From: an uncultured Candidatus Binatia bacterium
GTDB lineage: Bacteria; Desulfobacterota; Binatia; Bin18
Assembly: GCA_965214605.1 (NCBI GenBank)
Contig: OZ243961.1
Location: forward strand, 1,280,001 to 1,344,000
Length of the DNA: 64,000 bases
Direction: 5' to 3'
The first letter of the stretch is position 1, and every line of letters starts with the position of its first letter. The notes beneath the pieces are model-generated. The model searched no databases, was not told the origin of the DNA, and worked only from the letters and a program-made list of their open reading frames with translations. A program made the translations under genes and the position numbers. Of the stretch, positions 1 through 10,615 are shown in pieces.

Positions 1-2099
1 CCGTTTGGTGGCTGACGCAAGCCGAGTTTTTCGAGCACGGCTTTGAAACGTTCACGATCTTCAGCTCGGTCTATGGAGTCAGGGCTCGTCCCCAAGATAG
101 GTACTCCGGCTCGCTCAAGCGGCACAGCCAATTTGAGCGGCGTCTGACCGCCAAATTGCACAATCACCCCAAACGGCCGCTCGACCCGCACAATACTCAA
201 CACGTCCTCAAGCGTGAGCGGCTCAAAGTACAGTTTATCCGAGGTGTCGTAATCCGTGCTCACCGTTTCCGGGTTACAGTTGACCATAATGGCCTCAAAC
301 CCATCATCCTTAAGAGCAAAAGAAGCGTGAACACAGCAGTAATCAAACTCTATGCCCTGACCGATCCGGTTGGGTCCGCCGCCCAAAATCATCACCTTGC
401 GGCGCGTGGTCGGTCCAGCCTCGTCCTCGCCCTCATAGCTTGAATAGAGATAGGGAGTGTGGGCCACAAACTCGGCAGCACAGGTATCGACCGTTTTATA
501 CACCGGCCTAATAGCGTGCTGTTCGCGCAATCGGCGCACCTCGGCTTCGCTGCGGCCGGCTAGTTCGGCCAAGCGATAATCGGAGAAGCCCATCTCCTTG
601 GCCGCTCGCAGCAGGTGGGGCCGCTCAAGAGCGAAGGGTGAGGCCTGCAGTTCTGCCTCAAAGTCGAGAATTTGGACAAGATTGTCCAAGAACCACGGAT
701 CAATCTTCGTAATCTGATACAGCTCCTCAACCGCCATGCCCAAGCGCAGCGCCTCAGCCGCATACCACAGGCGGTCGGCCCTGGGCGTGCGAAGATAGTC
801 ACGGATGTGCCGGAGAAGTTCTTGGCGGCTCTTAGACTCTGGGCTTTTGACTCTTGACTTTTCAAACCGCTCGTCCAGCCCATAGCTGCCGATTTCCAAG
901 GACCGGAGCGCTTTCTGCAACGCCTCTTTAAACGTCCGACCGATCGCCATGGCTTCGCCGACCGATTTCATCTGCGGTCCGAGCACGCTGTCAGCCTGGG
1001 GAAACTTATCGAAGGTAAAACGCGGCATTTTGACCACGACGTAGTCGAGCGTCGGTTCGAAACTAGCCGGCGTTTCGCGCGTAATGTCGTTCGGAATCTC
1101 GTCGAGCGTATAGCCGACCGCCAGCTTGGCCGCAATCTTGGCGATCGGAAAGCCGGTCGCTTTGCTAGCCAGGGCAGACGAGCGTGAGACGCGCGGGTTC
1201 ATCTCAATGACAACCATCCGGCCGCTATCAGGGTCGACGGCAAACTGGATATTTGAGCCGCCAGTATCGACCCCAATTTCACGGATAATCCGCAGGGCCG
1301 CATCCCGCATGAGCTGATACTCTTTGTCGGTCAGGGTTTGGGCCGGCGCAACGGTAATCGAATCGCCGGTATGAACGCCCATGGGATCGAGGTTTTCAAT
1401 CGAACAGATAATGACGACATTGTCGTTGGTGTCGCGCATGACCTCGAGTTCAAATTCTTTCCAACCCGCGATCGACTCTTCGATCAACACCTCAGTGCTG
1501 GGAGAGCTATCCAACCCCCACTCGACCAAGCGTCGAAAGTCGTCAAGAGACTCGACGATACCACCACCGGCCCCACCCAAGGTCCGCGACGGGCGGACAA
1601 TCAGCGGCAGACCGAGTTGGTGCAACACCTGCTGTGCCTCCTGGTAGGAGTGGGCATAGCCGCTCCGCGGTAGGTCGAGCTGGATACGCTCCATAGCGGC
1701 CTTAAAGAGGTCTCGGTCTTCGGCTTTTTTAATCGCCGGCAGCTTGGCGCCAATCAGCTCAACCCCATAGTGGTCGAGCACCCCAGCCTCGGCTAGGCCT
1801 ATGGCAAGATTGAGCCCAGTTTGACCGCCGATGGTCGGCAACAGTGCGTCGGGACGCTCGTGGGCGATAATCTTTTCCAGGACTTCAAGCTGCAGCGGCT
1901 CAATGTAGGTCTGATCGGCAAACTCCGGGTCGGTCATAATCGTAGCCGGGTTCGAGTTAACGAGAATGACCCGATACCCCTCGGACTTGAGCGCCTTGCA
2001 AGCCTGGGTGCCGGAGTAATCGAACTCGCACGCCTGGCCGATAATAATCGGCCCGGAGCCAATCAGGAGAACAGAGGCGATGTCGGTTCGTTTAGGCAT
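1..2099 (-). CDS. carB: Carbamoyl-phosphate synthase large subunit (5' part; runs off the window start)
   Basis: Not in the ORF track because it is truncated. Read manually from ATG 2099: [60 protein letters not shown], later [32 protein letters not shown]. Lies directly downstream of carA. Confidence 0.97.
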   Translation of the reverse strand, partial: MPKRTDIASVLLIGSGPIIIGQACEFDYSGTQACKALKSEGYRVILVNSNPATIMTDPEFADQTYIEPLQLEVLEKIIAHERPDALLPTIGGQTGLNLAIGLAEAGVLDHYGVELIGAKLPAIKKAEDRDLFKAAMERIQLDLPRSGYAHSYQEAQQVLHQLGLPLIVRPSRTLGGAGGGIVESLDDFRRLVEWGLDSSPSTEVLIEESIAGWKEFELEVMRDTNDNVVIICSIENLDPMGVHTGDSITVAPAQTLTDKEYQLMRDAALRIIREIGVDTGGSNIQFAVDPDSGRMVVIEMNPRVSRSSALASKATGFPIAKIAAKLAVGYTLDEIPNDITRETPASFEPTLDYVVVKMPRFTFDKFPQADSVLGPQMKSVGEAMAIGRTFKEALQKALRSLEIGSYGLDERFEKSRVKSPESKSRQELLRHIRDYLRTPRADRLWYAAEALRLGMAVEELYQITKIDPWFLDNLVQILDFEAELQASPFALERPHLLRAAKEMGFSDYRLAELAGRSEAEVRRLREQHAIRPVYKTVDTCAAEFVAHTPYLYSSYEGEDEAGPTTRRKVMILGGGPNRIGQGIEFDYCCVHASFALKDDGFEAIMVNCNPETVSTDYDTSDKLYFEPLTLEDVLSIVRVERPFGVIVQFGGQTPLKLAVPLERAGVPILGTSPDSIDRAEDRERFKAVLEKLGLRQPPN

Positions 2100-2134
2100 G
2101 AGTTTTTCCTGGCCGCTTGCGACTAGACGTCGAC

Positions 2135-3268
2135 CTACCCTCTTTTGTAGTGGTCCATTAAGGCGGTGAAGCGGGCAAAGACATAGCCCGCGTCGTGTGG
2201 CCCCGGGGATGCCTCGGGATGGTATTGGACAGAAAAAAGCGGATGCTGGATGTGCCTCAGTCCTTCCGCCGTCTGATCGTTGAGGTTGACATGGGTAACC
2301 TCGGCCCGCCCGTCTAACGAGGCGATGTCAACACAAAAGCCGTGGTTTTGGGAGGTAATTTCAACCTTTTGGGTCGCCATGTCCATGACCGGGTGATTGC
2401 CGCCGTGGTGACCGAACTTGAGTTTGAAGGTTGTGCCTCCCAGCGCCAGTCCCAGGATCTGATGTCCCAGACAAATCCCAAATATTGGGACCCGCCCAAT
2501 CAGAGCGGCCACATTGCGTTTGGCATACGGCACCGCGTCAGGGTCTCCAGGACCGTTCGACAGAAAGACGCCGTCAGGTTTGAGAGCCAAGACCTCTTGG
2601 GCTGGCGTATGGGCCGGTACGACCCGCACCCGGCAGCCAGCCGCCACGAGCTGACGTAAAATGTTGAACTTCACGCCGTAATCGTAAGCCACGACAGAAA
2701 AGGACTGATCTCTCCCCGTTCCTTCTGTGTTGCTGTAGCCCGAGCCAAGTTCCCAGAGCCCCTGCCACCAGTCGTAGGGCTGGGCACAGGTCACCTCTTT
2801 GACCAGATCCCGACCCTCTAAGCCTGGCGCTGCCCGAGCTTTGGCCACGAGCTGCTGGGGATCGAGTTCAACGGTTGAAATAACGGCTTGTTGGGCACCA
2901 TAATCGCGGATGTGGCGAACCAGCGCACGGGTGTCAATACCCTGAATGCCGACAATATTGTGCTCGGCCATATACGTGGCAAGGCTCTGTTGGGCCCGCC
3001 AACTGCTCGGTCGGTGCCAATATTCCTTAACAATAAAGCCTTCGACAAACGGCCGACGGGATTCAACGTCTTCAGGATTGACACCCACGTTGCCAATCTC
3101 GGGATAGGTCATGGTGACAATTTGACCCTTGTAAGAAGGATCGGTTAGAATCTCCTGGTAACCGGTCAGCGAGGTATTAAACACCAGCTCGCCGACCGCT
3201 TCCCCCTCAGCGCCAAAGGCGGTTCCGTGGAAAACCGTTCCGTCCGCAAGGGCAAGCAGGGCTTTCAT
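2135..3268 (-). CDS. carA: Carbamoyl-phosphate synthase small subunit
   Basis: [36 protein letters not shown] (catalytic Cys), [14 protein letters not shown]. Start placed at ATG 3268 (MKALLAL). Confidence 0.97.
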   Translation of the reverse strand: MKALLALADGTVFHGTAFGAEGEAVGELVFNTSLTGYQEILTDPSYKGQIVTMTYPEIGNVGVNPEDVESRRPFVEGFIVKEYWHRPSSWRAQQSLATYMAEHNIVGIQGIDTRALVRHIRDYGAQQAVISTVELDPQQLVAKARAAPGLEGRDLVKEVTCAQPYDWWQGLWELGSGYSNTEGTGRDQSFSVVAYDYGVKFNILRQLVAAGCRVRVVPAHTPAQEVLALKPDGVFLSNGPGDPDAVPYAKRNVAALIGRVPIFGICLGHQILGLALGGTTFKLKFGHHGGNHPVMDMATQKVEITSQNHGFCVDIASLDGRAEVTHVNLNDQTAEGLRHIQHPLFSVQYHPEASPGPHDAGYVFARFTALMDHYKRG

Positions 3269-3332
3269 AATCAACAAGAGTCAGTCTGCGTTGATGAGGG
3301 ACGCTCCCAACTTCTCAGCAAGCCGCCACACT

Positions 3333-4658
3333 CTATCCTCTTTGACCTTTGATCGTATGACTTTGGACATGTCTTCCATCATACACGACCTGTCCGTTCA
3401 CCAATGTCAGCATTGCTCTGCCCTTCATGTCTTGGCCAACAAAAGGCGTGTTTGTACTTTTTGAGTGCAACCTGTCTGCGACAACGGTCCAAGACTGATT
3501 GGGATCAAAAACTACCACATCGGCGGGTGCGCCAACCGACAGGCTCCCGTAGGGCAAGTGGAAGATCCGGGCCGGATTCCAGCTCAGCTTCCGAACCGCC
3601 TCACTCAGAGACAGAACGCCAGCCTCGACCAGGCCCAAGGTTAGCGGCAGGGCTGTCTCTAAACCGACGACGCCGTGGGCCGCGCGTTCGAACGCACCAG
3701 CTTTGTCATTCCGATGATGGGGCGCATGATCGGTGGCAATGGCATCAAGCGTCCCATCGCGCAGGCCTTCTCGCATGGCTTCGACATCTGCGGCCTGCCG
3801 CAATGGCGGAGCCATCTTGGCGTTGGTCTGATATGCCTCTACAGCCTCTTCGGTCAGGCTGAAATGGTGTGGCGCAACCTCGGCGGTGACCGGCAGACCG
3901 TCTTTTTTGGCCTGACGAATGAGGTCGATCGAGCCACGGGCGCTGACGTGGGCCACATGGATATGCCCGCCGGTCAGGCGGGCAAGGGTCAAATCTCGGG
4001 CAATCATCACCTCTTCGGCCGCATTAGGGACCCCCTTACGTCCCAGACGGGCGGCAGTTGGCCCCTCGTTCATACTGCCTCCGGCAGACAGGGTGAGATC
4101 TTCCTCGTGGACGCTGATGGGAAGCTGTAAGTCCGCGCACCACTCAAGGGCCCGGCGCATCAGCTCGGCGTTCATCACCGGTCGGCCATCATCGGAGACC
4201 GCCACAATCCCGGCTTCGCGCATCTCACCGAGCGGGGCTAAGCTTTCGCCTTTGAGCCCGACCGACAGGGCTCCGATAGGCAACACCCGAGCCAGGTTTG
4301 CGGTCTGAGCTCTGTCGATAATAAAGCGAGTGACGGCACTATTATCGTTGACCGGATTGGTATTGGCCATGCAGGCGACCGTGGTAAACCCGCCCGCCAC
4401 TGCGGACTGGGCACCGGTCCGGACGGTTTCTTTGTACTCATAGCCCGGCTCACGAAAATGCACGTGGAGGTCGATAAAACCAGGCGCAACAACCCACCCC
4501 CGGGCGTCCACATCCAGAGCGTCCACACCGGACAGCTGAGCGACGCTCTCGGGCGACTCCACGCCTCGGATACGCCCATCCTCAATCACAAGGTCAGCTG
4601 GCGCATTCATATTGTTGGCCGGGTCAATCAGGATTCCGTTACGAACGACAACTCTCAT
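3333..4658 (-). CDS. pyrC: Dihydroorotase (class I, long form)
   Basis: PGFIDLHVHFREPG, MANTNPVND, SDDG, HEED, ATDHAPH. Start ATG 4658 follows AAGGAAGAG. Confidence 0.95.
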   Translation of the reverse strand: MRVVVRNGILIDPANNMNAPADLVIEDGRIRGVESPESVAQLSGVDALDVDARGWVVAPGFIDLHVHFREPGYEYKETVRTGAQSAVAGGFTTVACMANTNPVNDNSAVTRFIIDRAQTANLARVLPIGALSVGLKGESLAPLGEMREAGIVAVSDDGRPVMNAELMRRALEWCADLQLPISVHEEDLTLSAGGSMNEGPTAARLGRKGVPNAAEEVMIARDLTLARLTGGHIHVAHVSARGSIDLIRQAKKDGLPVTAEVAPHHFSLTEEAVEAYQTNAKMAPPLRQAADVEAMREGLRDGTLDAIATDHAPHHRNDKAGAFERAAHGVVGLETALPLTLGLVEAGVLSLSEAVRKLSWNPARIFHLPYGSLSVGAPADVVVFDPNQSWTVVADRLHSKSTNTPFVGQDMKGRAMLTLVNGQVVYDGRHVQSHTIKGQRG

Positions 4659-4725
4659 CGGGCTGCTCTCCTTCCACAAGGGACGCTCCGGTGCGATCCT
4701 GCGGTCAAGAGACAGACATGGCGAT

Positions 4726-4763
4726 AAAAAAAGGCCCCCTTGACAGTGCAAGGGGGCCTTTTT
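4726..4763 (-). terminator. Intrinsic terminator/attenuator hairpin upstream of pyrC
   Basis: Minus strand AAAAAGGCCCCCTTG-CACTGT-CAAGGGGGCC-TTTTTTT: GC-rich stem followed by a U tract. Confidence 0.85.
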
Positions 4764-4832
4764 GAATATCACAATAGAACAAGGGTGCTCACCCGTCCTC
4801 ACCTCTATAAGGCTGGCTCAAGAATCCATTTC

Positions 4833-4861
4833 GTCTTAACCGGCTCCACCTGATGTGTCAA
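4833..4861 (-). promoter_or_regulatory. Sigma70-type promoter for the pyrC-carAB leader
   Basis: Minus strand TTGACA (4861-4856), 17-bp spacer, TAAGAC (4838-4833). Confidence 0.6.
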
Positions 4862-4908
4862 GCGGCCCGCCCGCAACATCTCCCTGGCCACAGGACCCCA
4901 CCCCCTTG

Positions 4909-5568
4909 TTATACTGGCCACTGTTCCATTCGGTACGACATCTCCCAGAAGAGGCACTCATAGCGCGCACTGCGACAAAAGACATCGACCAACTGTTCGG
5001 GCTCGGTTTTCCCGGCATAGCCATCGAGGAGTTCACGCAGCCACGCGGCCAAGGAGGCAAACTCTTCAGACGCGTACATATCAATCCATTTTGCGTAAAA
5101 CGGTGCATCAGCCGGTTTGCCGCGCCGAGCCAATGTCTGGCCAATCTCGGCATAGCTCCACTGGCACGGGAGCAGAGCCGTAATGGTTTCGGCCACGTCG
5201 CCGAGCGAGGCCACCCGCAACAGATGGCTGGTATAAGCCGAAGTCGTGGGCGCGGCCTGGGTAGCAGCCAACTCCTTAGCGGTAATGCCGCACTCGGCCG
5301 CAAATTCACGGTGCAGGGCCATCTCGCGGTTGAGCGTGGCGTCTAAGAGATGGGCAAAGCGGGCCATGGTCTCAAGACTCGGCGCTTTGGCCGTGGCCAG
5401 TGCCAAAAGACGGCTGTATTCAATTAAAAAGATATAATCTTGGCGCATATAGAAACGAAATTTTTCCAAGGGCAGAGAGCCGTCACCAAGAGACCTCACA
5501 AAAGGATGGGCGAGCAATTGTTGCCAGACCGGGGCCGCGGCTTGGTACAGTTGGTGTGTCAGTGTCAT
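4909..5568 (-). CDS. tenA: Thiaminase II / TenA family protein
   Basis: HPFVRSLGDGSLPLEKFRFYMRQDYIFL, LLPCQWSY (catalytic Cys), YAKWIDMY, YECLFWEM. Confidence 0.93.
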   Translation of the reverse strand: MTLTHQLYQAAAPVWQQLLAHPFVRSLGDGSLPLEKFRFYMRQDYIFLIEYSRLLALATAKAPSLETMARFAHLLDATLNREMALHREFAAECGITAKELAATQAAPTTSAYTSHLLRVASLGDVAETITALLPCQWSYAEIGQTLARRGKPADAPFYAKWIDMYASEEFASLAAWLRELLDGYAGKTEPEQLVDVFCRSARYECLFWEMSYRMEQWPV

Positions 5569-5738
5569 GCCGCTTAAGGTATAAAGGAATATCGAATCCA
5601 GCTAGGGGGTCCCTCTAGATCGAACGGACCGACTTAGGCTATATACAGGGCAAGAGGTGATCATCCATCACATACATCGAAGAGAGCGAAAGAATAGCAC
5701 GATTACCTTTTGAAGACCCGACTACAAAGGAGGAGCGT

Positions 5739-5933
5739 ATGCCACAAGTTATCGGAGGAGAAGCCACGACCATGGATACGGAGCAATGGAGCTGCGGCGA
5801 CTGCACCGAGGCCGGTCAAGAGTATAAAGAAGAAGAAGCAAAAGTGATCCTGCACAGCGTCAGCGCCCACCGGGCGTTTGAAGTCAAACGGGATACCGAA
5901 AACAAGGTCGTCCGAGCCGTGCCCAAAGGCTAG
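5739..5933 (+). CDS. Small hypothetical protein with CxxC...HxxxxH putative zinc-binding motif
   Basis: Strong RBS AAAGGAGGAG just before the ATG; WSCGDC...LHSVSAH; followed directly by a terminator hairpin. Confidence 0.7.
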   Translation: MPQVIGGEATTMDTEQWSCGDCTEAGQEYKEEEAKVILHSVSAHRAFEVKRDTENKVVRAVPKG

Positions 5934-5952
5934 TTCTCACAATGAAGCCGTT

Positions 5953-5981
5953 GGCCCACCCGGGTTCAGGTGGGCTTTTTT
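5953..5981 (+). terminator. Intrinsic terminator of the small ORF
   Basis: GCCCACC-CGGGTTCA-GGTGGGC-TTTTTT. Confidence 0.75.
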
Positions 5982-6799
5982 CGGCCTCGCTGCACGCCCG
6001 AGTCTTCCTGCTTCCGCCAGTACCACAAAAACTCTTTATTGCCCTTGGCGCCAAGGACCGGCGATTCAATCAGCCCCCTGGGCGCCAGTCCCCAATCTAC
6101 GGCTTGGGCCTGCAGTCGGTTCACGACCTCCGTGTGTAGAGCTGGATCTCGAACGATCCCGCCCTTCCCGACCCTGCCCCTCCCGACCTCGAACTGGGGC
6201 TTAATCAGCGCGATGCCGCATCCGCCTGGCGCGAGCAGCGTGATGACTGCCGGGATAACAGTCGTGAGCGAGATGAACGAGACATCAATGACGCTCAGAC
6301 TGGGCTGGACACGCAGGAGAGCCGGGTCAAGGGTACGGATATTTTGGCGCTCAATAGTCACGACCCGTGGATCTTGGCGCAGCGACCAGGCTAGCTGCCC
6401 ATAGCCGACGTCAACGGCAAAAACCCGCGCCGCGCCGTTCTGCAGCAAGCAATCGGTGAATCCGCCGGTCGAGGCACCGACGTCAAGAGCGGTCCGTCCC
6501 GAGACATCCAGGGCAAAGGCTCGCAGCGCGGCTTCCAACTTGAGGCCACCACGGCTGGCATAACGCGGGAGGGCGTGGTCTTTGATGCGGACGCGAGCCG
6601 CGCTATCGACCAGGGTACCAGGCTTGTCGACACGCTGCTCGTTGACCACAACGGCACCGGCCATGATGAGCCGCCGGGCTTGCTCACGGCTGGGGGTCAG
6701 GCCGCGGTGAGCGATGAGCACGTCGAGGCGTTCGCGCCGGGATGCGTATTTGTGAGCAGACACAATGTGGACAAAGAGGTAAAGAGCGCTATCCGTCAC
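5966..6799 (-). CDS. tlyA: TlyA-family rRNA 2'-O-methyltransferase (S4 + FtsJ-like domains)
   Basis: RERLDVLI (S4), YASRGGLKL, LDVGASTGGFTDCLLQ, DVSFISL, LIKPQFE, GAKGNKEFL. Confidence 0.95.
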   Translation of the reverse strand: MTDSALYLFVHIVSAHKYASRRERLDVLIAHRGLTPSREQARRLIMAGAVVVNEQRVDKPGTLVDSAARVRIKDHALPRYASRGGLKLEAALRAFALDVSGRTALDVGASTGGFTDCLLQNGAARVFAVDVGYGQLAWSLRQDPRVVTIERQNIRTLDPALLRVQPSLSVIDVSFISLTTVIPAVITLLAPGGCGIALIKPQFEVGRGRVGKGGIVRDPALHTEVVNRLQAQAVDWGLAPRGLIESPVLGAKGNKEFLWYWRKQEDSGVQRGRKKPT

Positions 6800-7701
6800 G
6801 TCTGGACAGGTACAGCTCGGTCGACGATCAGGTGACAGATCTGACGCAGCGGTTCAGCCATAGGCCCAAAGCGATCAAGGGCCGAGAGCGCGTCCTCGTG
6901 CAGCTGACGCGCCAAGCGTTTGGCCTGGTCAAGACCGATGGCGGCCGGATAGGTGGCTTTGTGCAGCTCGGCATCGCGGCCCTCGCGTTTGCCTGTTTTT
7001 TCTGTGCCGCCTTCGATATCCAGAATATCGTCCGTCACCTGAAAGACTAGGCCGATCGCTGTCCCATAGTGGTCCAAACTTTCGTATTGGCGTGGGGTGG
7101 CTCCGCCCAACAGCCCTCCAACTCGGACCGCGGCACGAATCATCGCTCCGGTTTTTCTGGTATGAATCGCCTCAACGACAGCACGGGTCGGTTTTTTCCT
7201 TTCAGCCTCAAGGTCTAGCACCTGTCCGCCCACCATGCCGCCGGCACCGGCCGCAGAAGCGACCTCGCGCAGCGCCTGAAGCGCCGCCTGCCCCCTCCGA
7301 GGGACGGCGAGCGCGCCTTCGGCCATCACCCGAAAAGCCTCGGTCAGGAGCCCGTCACCGGCCAAGATCGCCATGCCTTCGCCAAACACCACGTGACTAG
7401 TCGGTTTGCCACGCCGCAGGTCATCGTCATCCATGGCCGGCAGATCGTCGTGGATTAAAGAATAGGCGTGGATCATCTCCAGGCCGCACGCAAACGGCAG
7501 GACCGGTTCGAGTTGAGCACCGAGCGCCTCGGCACTGGCCAGGGCTAATATCGGACGAATACGCTTGCCGCCGGAGAACAGGCTGTAGCGCATGGCGCGG
7601 TCCAACGCCTGGGGCGGTTTCCCAGCGGACGGAGCAAGAACGGCTCTAAGCGTCCGGTCAACCAGTCGCTGGCGTTCTTTCATGTAATGAGCCAGATTCA
7701 T
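6796..7701 (-). CDS. ispA: Polyprenyl (farnesyl/geranylgeranyl) diphosphate synthase
   Basis: GGKRIRP, IHAYSLIHDDLPAMDDDDLRRGKPT, FQVTDDILD. Confidence 0.95.
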   Translation of the reverse strand: MNLAHYMKERQRLVDRTLRAVLAPSAGKPPQALDRAMRYSLFSGGKRIRPILALASAEALGAQLEPVLPFACGLEMIHAYSLIHDDLPAMDDDDLRRGKPTSHVVFGEGMAILAGDGLLTEAFRVMAEGALAVPRRGQAALQALREVASAAGAGGMVGGQVLDLEAERKKPTRAVVEAIHTRKTGAMIRAAVRVGGLLGGATPRQYESLDHYGTAIGLVFQVTDDILDIEGGTEKTGKREGRDAELHKATYPAAIGLDQAKRLARQLHEDALSALDRFGPMAEPLRQICHLIVDRAVPVQT

Positions 7702-7952
7702 CAGTCCTCGTTCTCTTCTTGGTCTTCGGTGGGCACGGATTGGAGCTGGAACACGCCGTCCTGATTGCGGCTCAGCACCTCAAGGCGCTTCTCAACCTCG
7801 GCCAGCTTCTCGCCCAGATGGCGGACCAGACCGGCTCCTTCCTCAAAAGCCCCCAGGGCGTCCTCAAGCGACAGATCTCCGGTTTCCATTCGCTCCACAA
7901 TCCCTTCCAAATCGTGCAGCCCGGCCTCAAACGTTTTTGGCGGCTCTTTCAC
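7701..7952 (-). CDS. xseB: Exodeoxyribonuclease VII small subunit
   Basis: TFEAGLHDLEGIVERMETGDLSLEDALGAFEEG; lies between xseA and ispA. Confidence 0.93.
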   Translation of the reverse strand: MKEPPKTFEAGLHDLEGIVERMETGDLSLEDALGAFEEGAGLVRHLGEKLAEVEKRLEVLSRNQDGVFQLQSVPTEDQEENED

Positions 7953-7956
7953 CCCG

Positions 7957-9198
7957 CTAGTCCCCCTTCTGCGTCTGCTCTATGCGGGCAATCGCTTCTC
8001 CTGTGGCAAACATCAGGCGGACACGATCGCCGGGCCTGACCTGTCGAGCGTCAACAACCACTCTCCCCGAGGGAATCGTCCGCGTGAGACTATAACCTCG
8101 GCCTAAGACCGCCAAGGGGCTCAGGCTGCTCAAGGCGGTGCTCAGCTCTTGGAGCCGGGCCTGGGCTCGCTCGCTCCGGCGTTGGAACGCGCCCCGCAAG
8201 CGCACGGCCAAGGCCTGGAGCTGATTGTGTCGGACACCGAGGTCGTGGTGTGGATCGCGGATACGTTGGCGCAAACTTAACACCGCCTGACGCCGCAAGC
8301 TAATGTGGCGCTGCATAGCCATGACTAAGGCCTGCGCCTGGACGCTGATGTGGGCTTGCAACTCGTCCCAGCGTGGCATCACTATCTCGGCCGCAGCGGT
8401 CGGGGTCGGGGCACGCCTATCGGCAACCAAATCAGCGATACTGAGATCAATTTCGTGTCCCACCGCCGCCACTACCGGGATCTCAGAGGCGGCAATGGCG
8501 CGGGCCACCACCTCGTCATTAAAGGCGCTCAGATCCTCCCGTGATCCGCCACCCCGCCCGACAATGATGACCTCGGCCTGGGCGTGCTCATTCAGATCTT
8601 GGATACCGGCCGCAATCTCGGCCCCTGCTCCGGCTCCCTGAACCTTTGTTGGCCGGAGTAGGACGTGGGTGTGCGGACAGCGCTGGTAGACAATAGTCAA
8701 AATATCGTGAATAGCGGCTCCGGCCTGGGCGGTGACCACCCCTACGTGGCGCGGAAAAAACGGCAGGGGTTTTTTCCGCGCCGCGGCAAACAGTCCTTCT
8801 GCCGCCAGAGCGGCCTTCAGCTGTTCAAACGCCAGCTGTTGCGCTCCAACTCCGCGTGGCTCCATAATTGAGGCGTACAGCTGCATATCGCCACGCGCCG
8901 GATACAACCCGATACGCCCCCGAATAATGACCTCTAAACCGTCTTCGGGCCGAAAACGTAGCAGTCCGGCCTGGCCTCGGAACATGACGCAGCGCAGCTG
9001 GCTGGTCTTATCCTTGAGGGTGAAATACTTATGGCCCGAGGACGGGCTGCGCAGCCCCGAGATTTCTCCTGCCACCCACACCTCATTAAAGTCAGCTTCC
9101 AACACGTTCTGGATCTGGGATGTCAGCTCGGACACAGACAGGATGGGGGCGTGAGACTGCCGGTCAGCCCAACCGCGGGGCGTCGCAGAAATTGCCAT
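7957..9198 (-). CDS. xseA: Exodeoxyribonuclease VII large subunit
   Basis: VWVAGEISG, SGHKYFTLKD, GRGGGSREDL, AVGHEIDLSIADLVADRRAPTPTAAAE, LSPLAVLGRGYS. Confidence 0.96.
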   Translation of the reverse strand: MAISATPRGWADRQSHAPILSVSELTSQIQNVLEADFNEVWVAGEISGLRSPSSGHKYFTLKDKTSQLRCVMFRGQAGLLRFRPEDGLEVIIRGRIGLYPARGDMQLYASIMEPRGVGAQQLAFEQLKAALAAEGLFAAARKKPLPFFPRHVGVVTAQAGAAIHDILTIVYQRCPHTHVLLRPTKVQGAGAGAEIAAGIQDLNEHAQAEVIIVGRGGGSREDLSAFNDEVVARAIAASEIPVVAAVGHEIDLSIADLVADRRAPTPTAAAEIVMPRWDELQAHISVQAQALVMAMQRHISLRRQAVLSLRQRIRDPHHDLGVRHNQLQALAVRLRGAFQRRSERAQARLQELSTALSSLSPLAVLGRGYSLTRTIPSGRVVVDARQVRPGDRVRLMFATGEAIARIEQTQKGD

Positions 9199-9205
9199 CG
9201 ACCGC

Positions 9206-10615
9206 TTACTCTTGCCCGCCTAGGGCCTCAACGGCAGCAACGGTTGTCTTGGGCATGCCCTGCCAAGATTTGAGCAGGTCCAGGGCTTTATCAAGCTGCG
9301 GATCTTTGCCCAGCTCGCCCTCTTTGATTGCTTCCTGAGCCGCCGAAGCATCGGTCGTCGGAGACGGCAGAGGGGTGGCCTCATCCGGTACCTTAATATT
9401 TTGGATCGGGGTTGGCACTGTTTCTTGGGGCGCAGTACTGTCAAAGTGACCACGCAGATTTTCCTCTCGAATATCCCGGAGCCGCCGGGTGGCGGCGACT
9501 TGATCGGGCAGGACATTCTCAACGATATAGTCGGGTTTGACGCCGGTAACCTGAATCGAACGGCCGTTCGGCGTATAATACATAGCGGTGGTCAGACGCA
9601 GGGCAGCACCGTTTTCTAGGGGCAAAATGGTCTGGACCGACCCCTTGCCAAAGGTCTGGGTGCCTATGATTACCGCCCGATCGTGGTCTTGGACGGCGCC
9701 GGCCACAATCTCGGACGCGCTAGCACTCCCGTTATTGACCAGCACGACCAGGGGCAGTTCGGTATGTCCGCCAGAGCGAGCGATATACCTCTGCTGCTGG
9801 TTATCGAGCCGGCCTTTGGTATACACGATCATACCGCTGTCGAGAAAGACATCGGCCACCTTGACCGCCTGACTCAGCAGTCCTCCGGGATTGCTGCGCA
9901 AGTCGAGCACGAGTCCTTTGAGTCCCTGACTGTCCTGGCTGAAGCGAGCGATCGCGTCTTCAAGATCGGCCGTGGTCCGGTCCTGAAACTGGGTTAGGCG
10001 GACATAGCCATAGCCCGGCTCTAAGAGTTTTGATTTAACACTCTTGATTTTGATCACCTCACGGATCAGCGAAATATCAATAAAGCGGTCGACCCCTTCG
10101 CGTCGCACGGAAATCGTCACCTGACTGCCCTGCGGGCCACGCATCTGCTTGACCGCCTCGAGCAGGGTCATGTCTTTGGTCAGTTCTCCGTCGATCTTGA
10201 TGATTTGGTCCCCGGCTTTAACCCCGGCACGATGGGCCGGGGTATCCTCAATCGGGGAGACCACGGTCAGCAGACCGTCACGCAGCGTAATCTCAATGCC
10301 TAATCCGCCAAAACTGCCCTCGGTGTCAACCTGTAACTCACGGTATAAATCGGGAGTGAGATAGGCACTGTGGGGGTCGAGGGCACTCAACATGCCGTCA
10401 ATCGCCCCCTCGACCAGTTGGTTGGTTTTCACCTCTTGGACATAGTTTTTCTGCACGATGGCCAGCACATTGGAGAACGACTCCAGGCCTTCATAATCCT
10501 CGCGCCCAACAGCCGCAACACGGTTGAGACCGTGGCTGCCGAGCAACACTGTTCCAACACCGAGCGTCGTGATAAGCAGGCTGACAACGATCCTTTTTCG
10601 CCAGTCGTGTATCAT
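9206..10615 (-). CDS. ctpA: C-terminal processing protease (S41A, PDZ)
   Basis: LDPHSAYL, FGGLGIEI (PDZ), LDLRSNPGGLL, SASASEIVAGA, TFGKGSVQ. Start ATG 10615 follows AAAGGGG. Confidence 0.93.
   Translation of the reverse strand: MIHDWRKRIVVSLLITTLGVGTVLLGSHGLNRVAAVGREDYEGLESFSNVLAIVQKNYVQEVKTNQLVEGAIDGMLSALDPHSAYLTPDLYRELQVDTEGSFGGLGIEITLRDGLLTVVSPIEDTPAHRAGVKAGDQIIKIDGELTKDMTLLEAVKQMRGPQGSQVTISVRREGVDRFIDISLIREVIKIKSVKSKLLEPGYGYVRLTQFQDRTTADLEDAIARFSQDSQGLKGLVLDLRSNPGGLLSQAVKVADVFLDSGMIVYTKGRLDNQQQRYIARSGGHTELPLVVLVNNGSASASEIVAGAVQDHDRAVIIGTQTFGKGSVQTILPLENGAALRLTTAMYYTPNGRSIQVTGVKPDYIVENVLPDQVAATRRLRDIREENLRGHFDSTAPQETVPTPIQNIKVPDEATPLPSPTTDASAAQEAIKEGELGKDPQLDKALDLLKSWQGMPKTTVAAVEALGGQE

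Noticed and set aside
156-2126. Several plus-strand ORFs
   Set aside because: Antisense shadows of carB.
5569-5738. TPP riboswitch expected upstream of tenA
   Set aside because: No CTGAGA or related TPP core motif seen on the minus strand.
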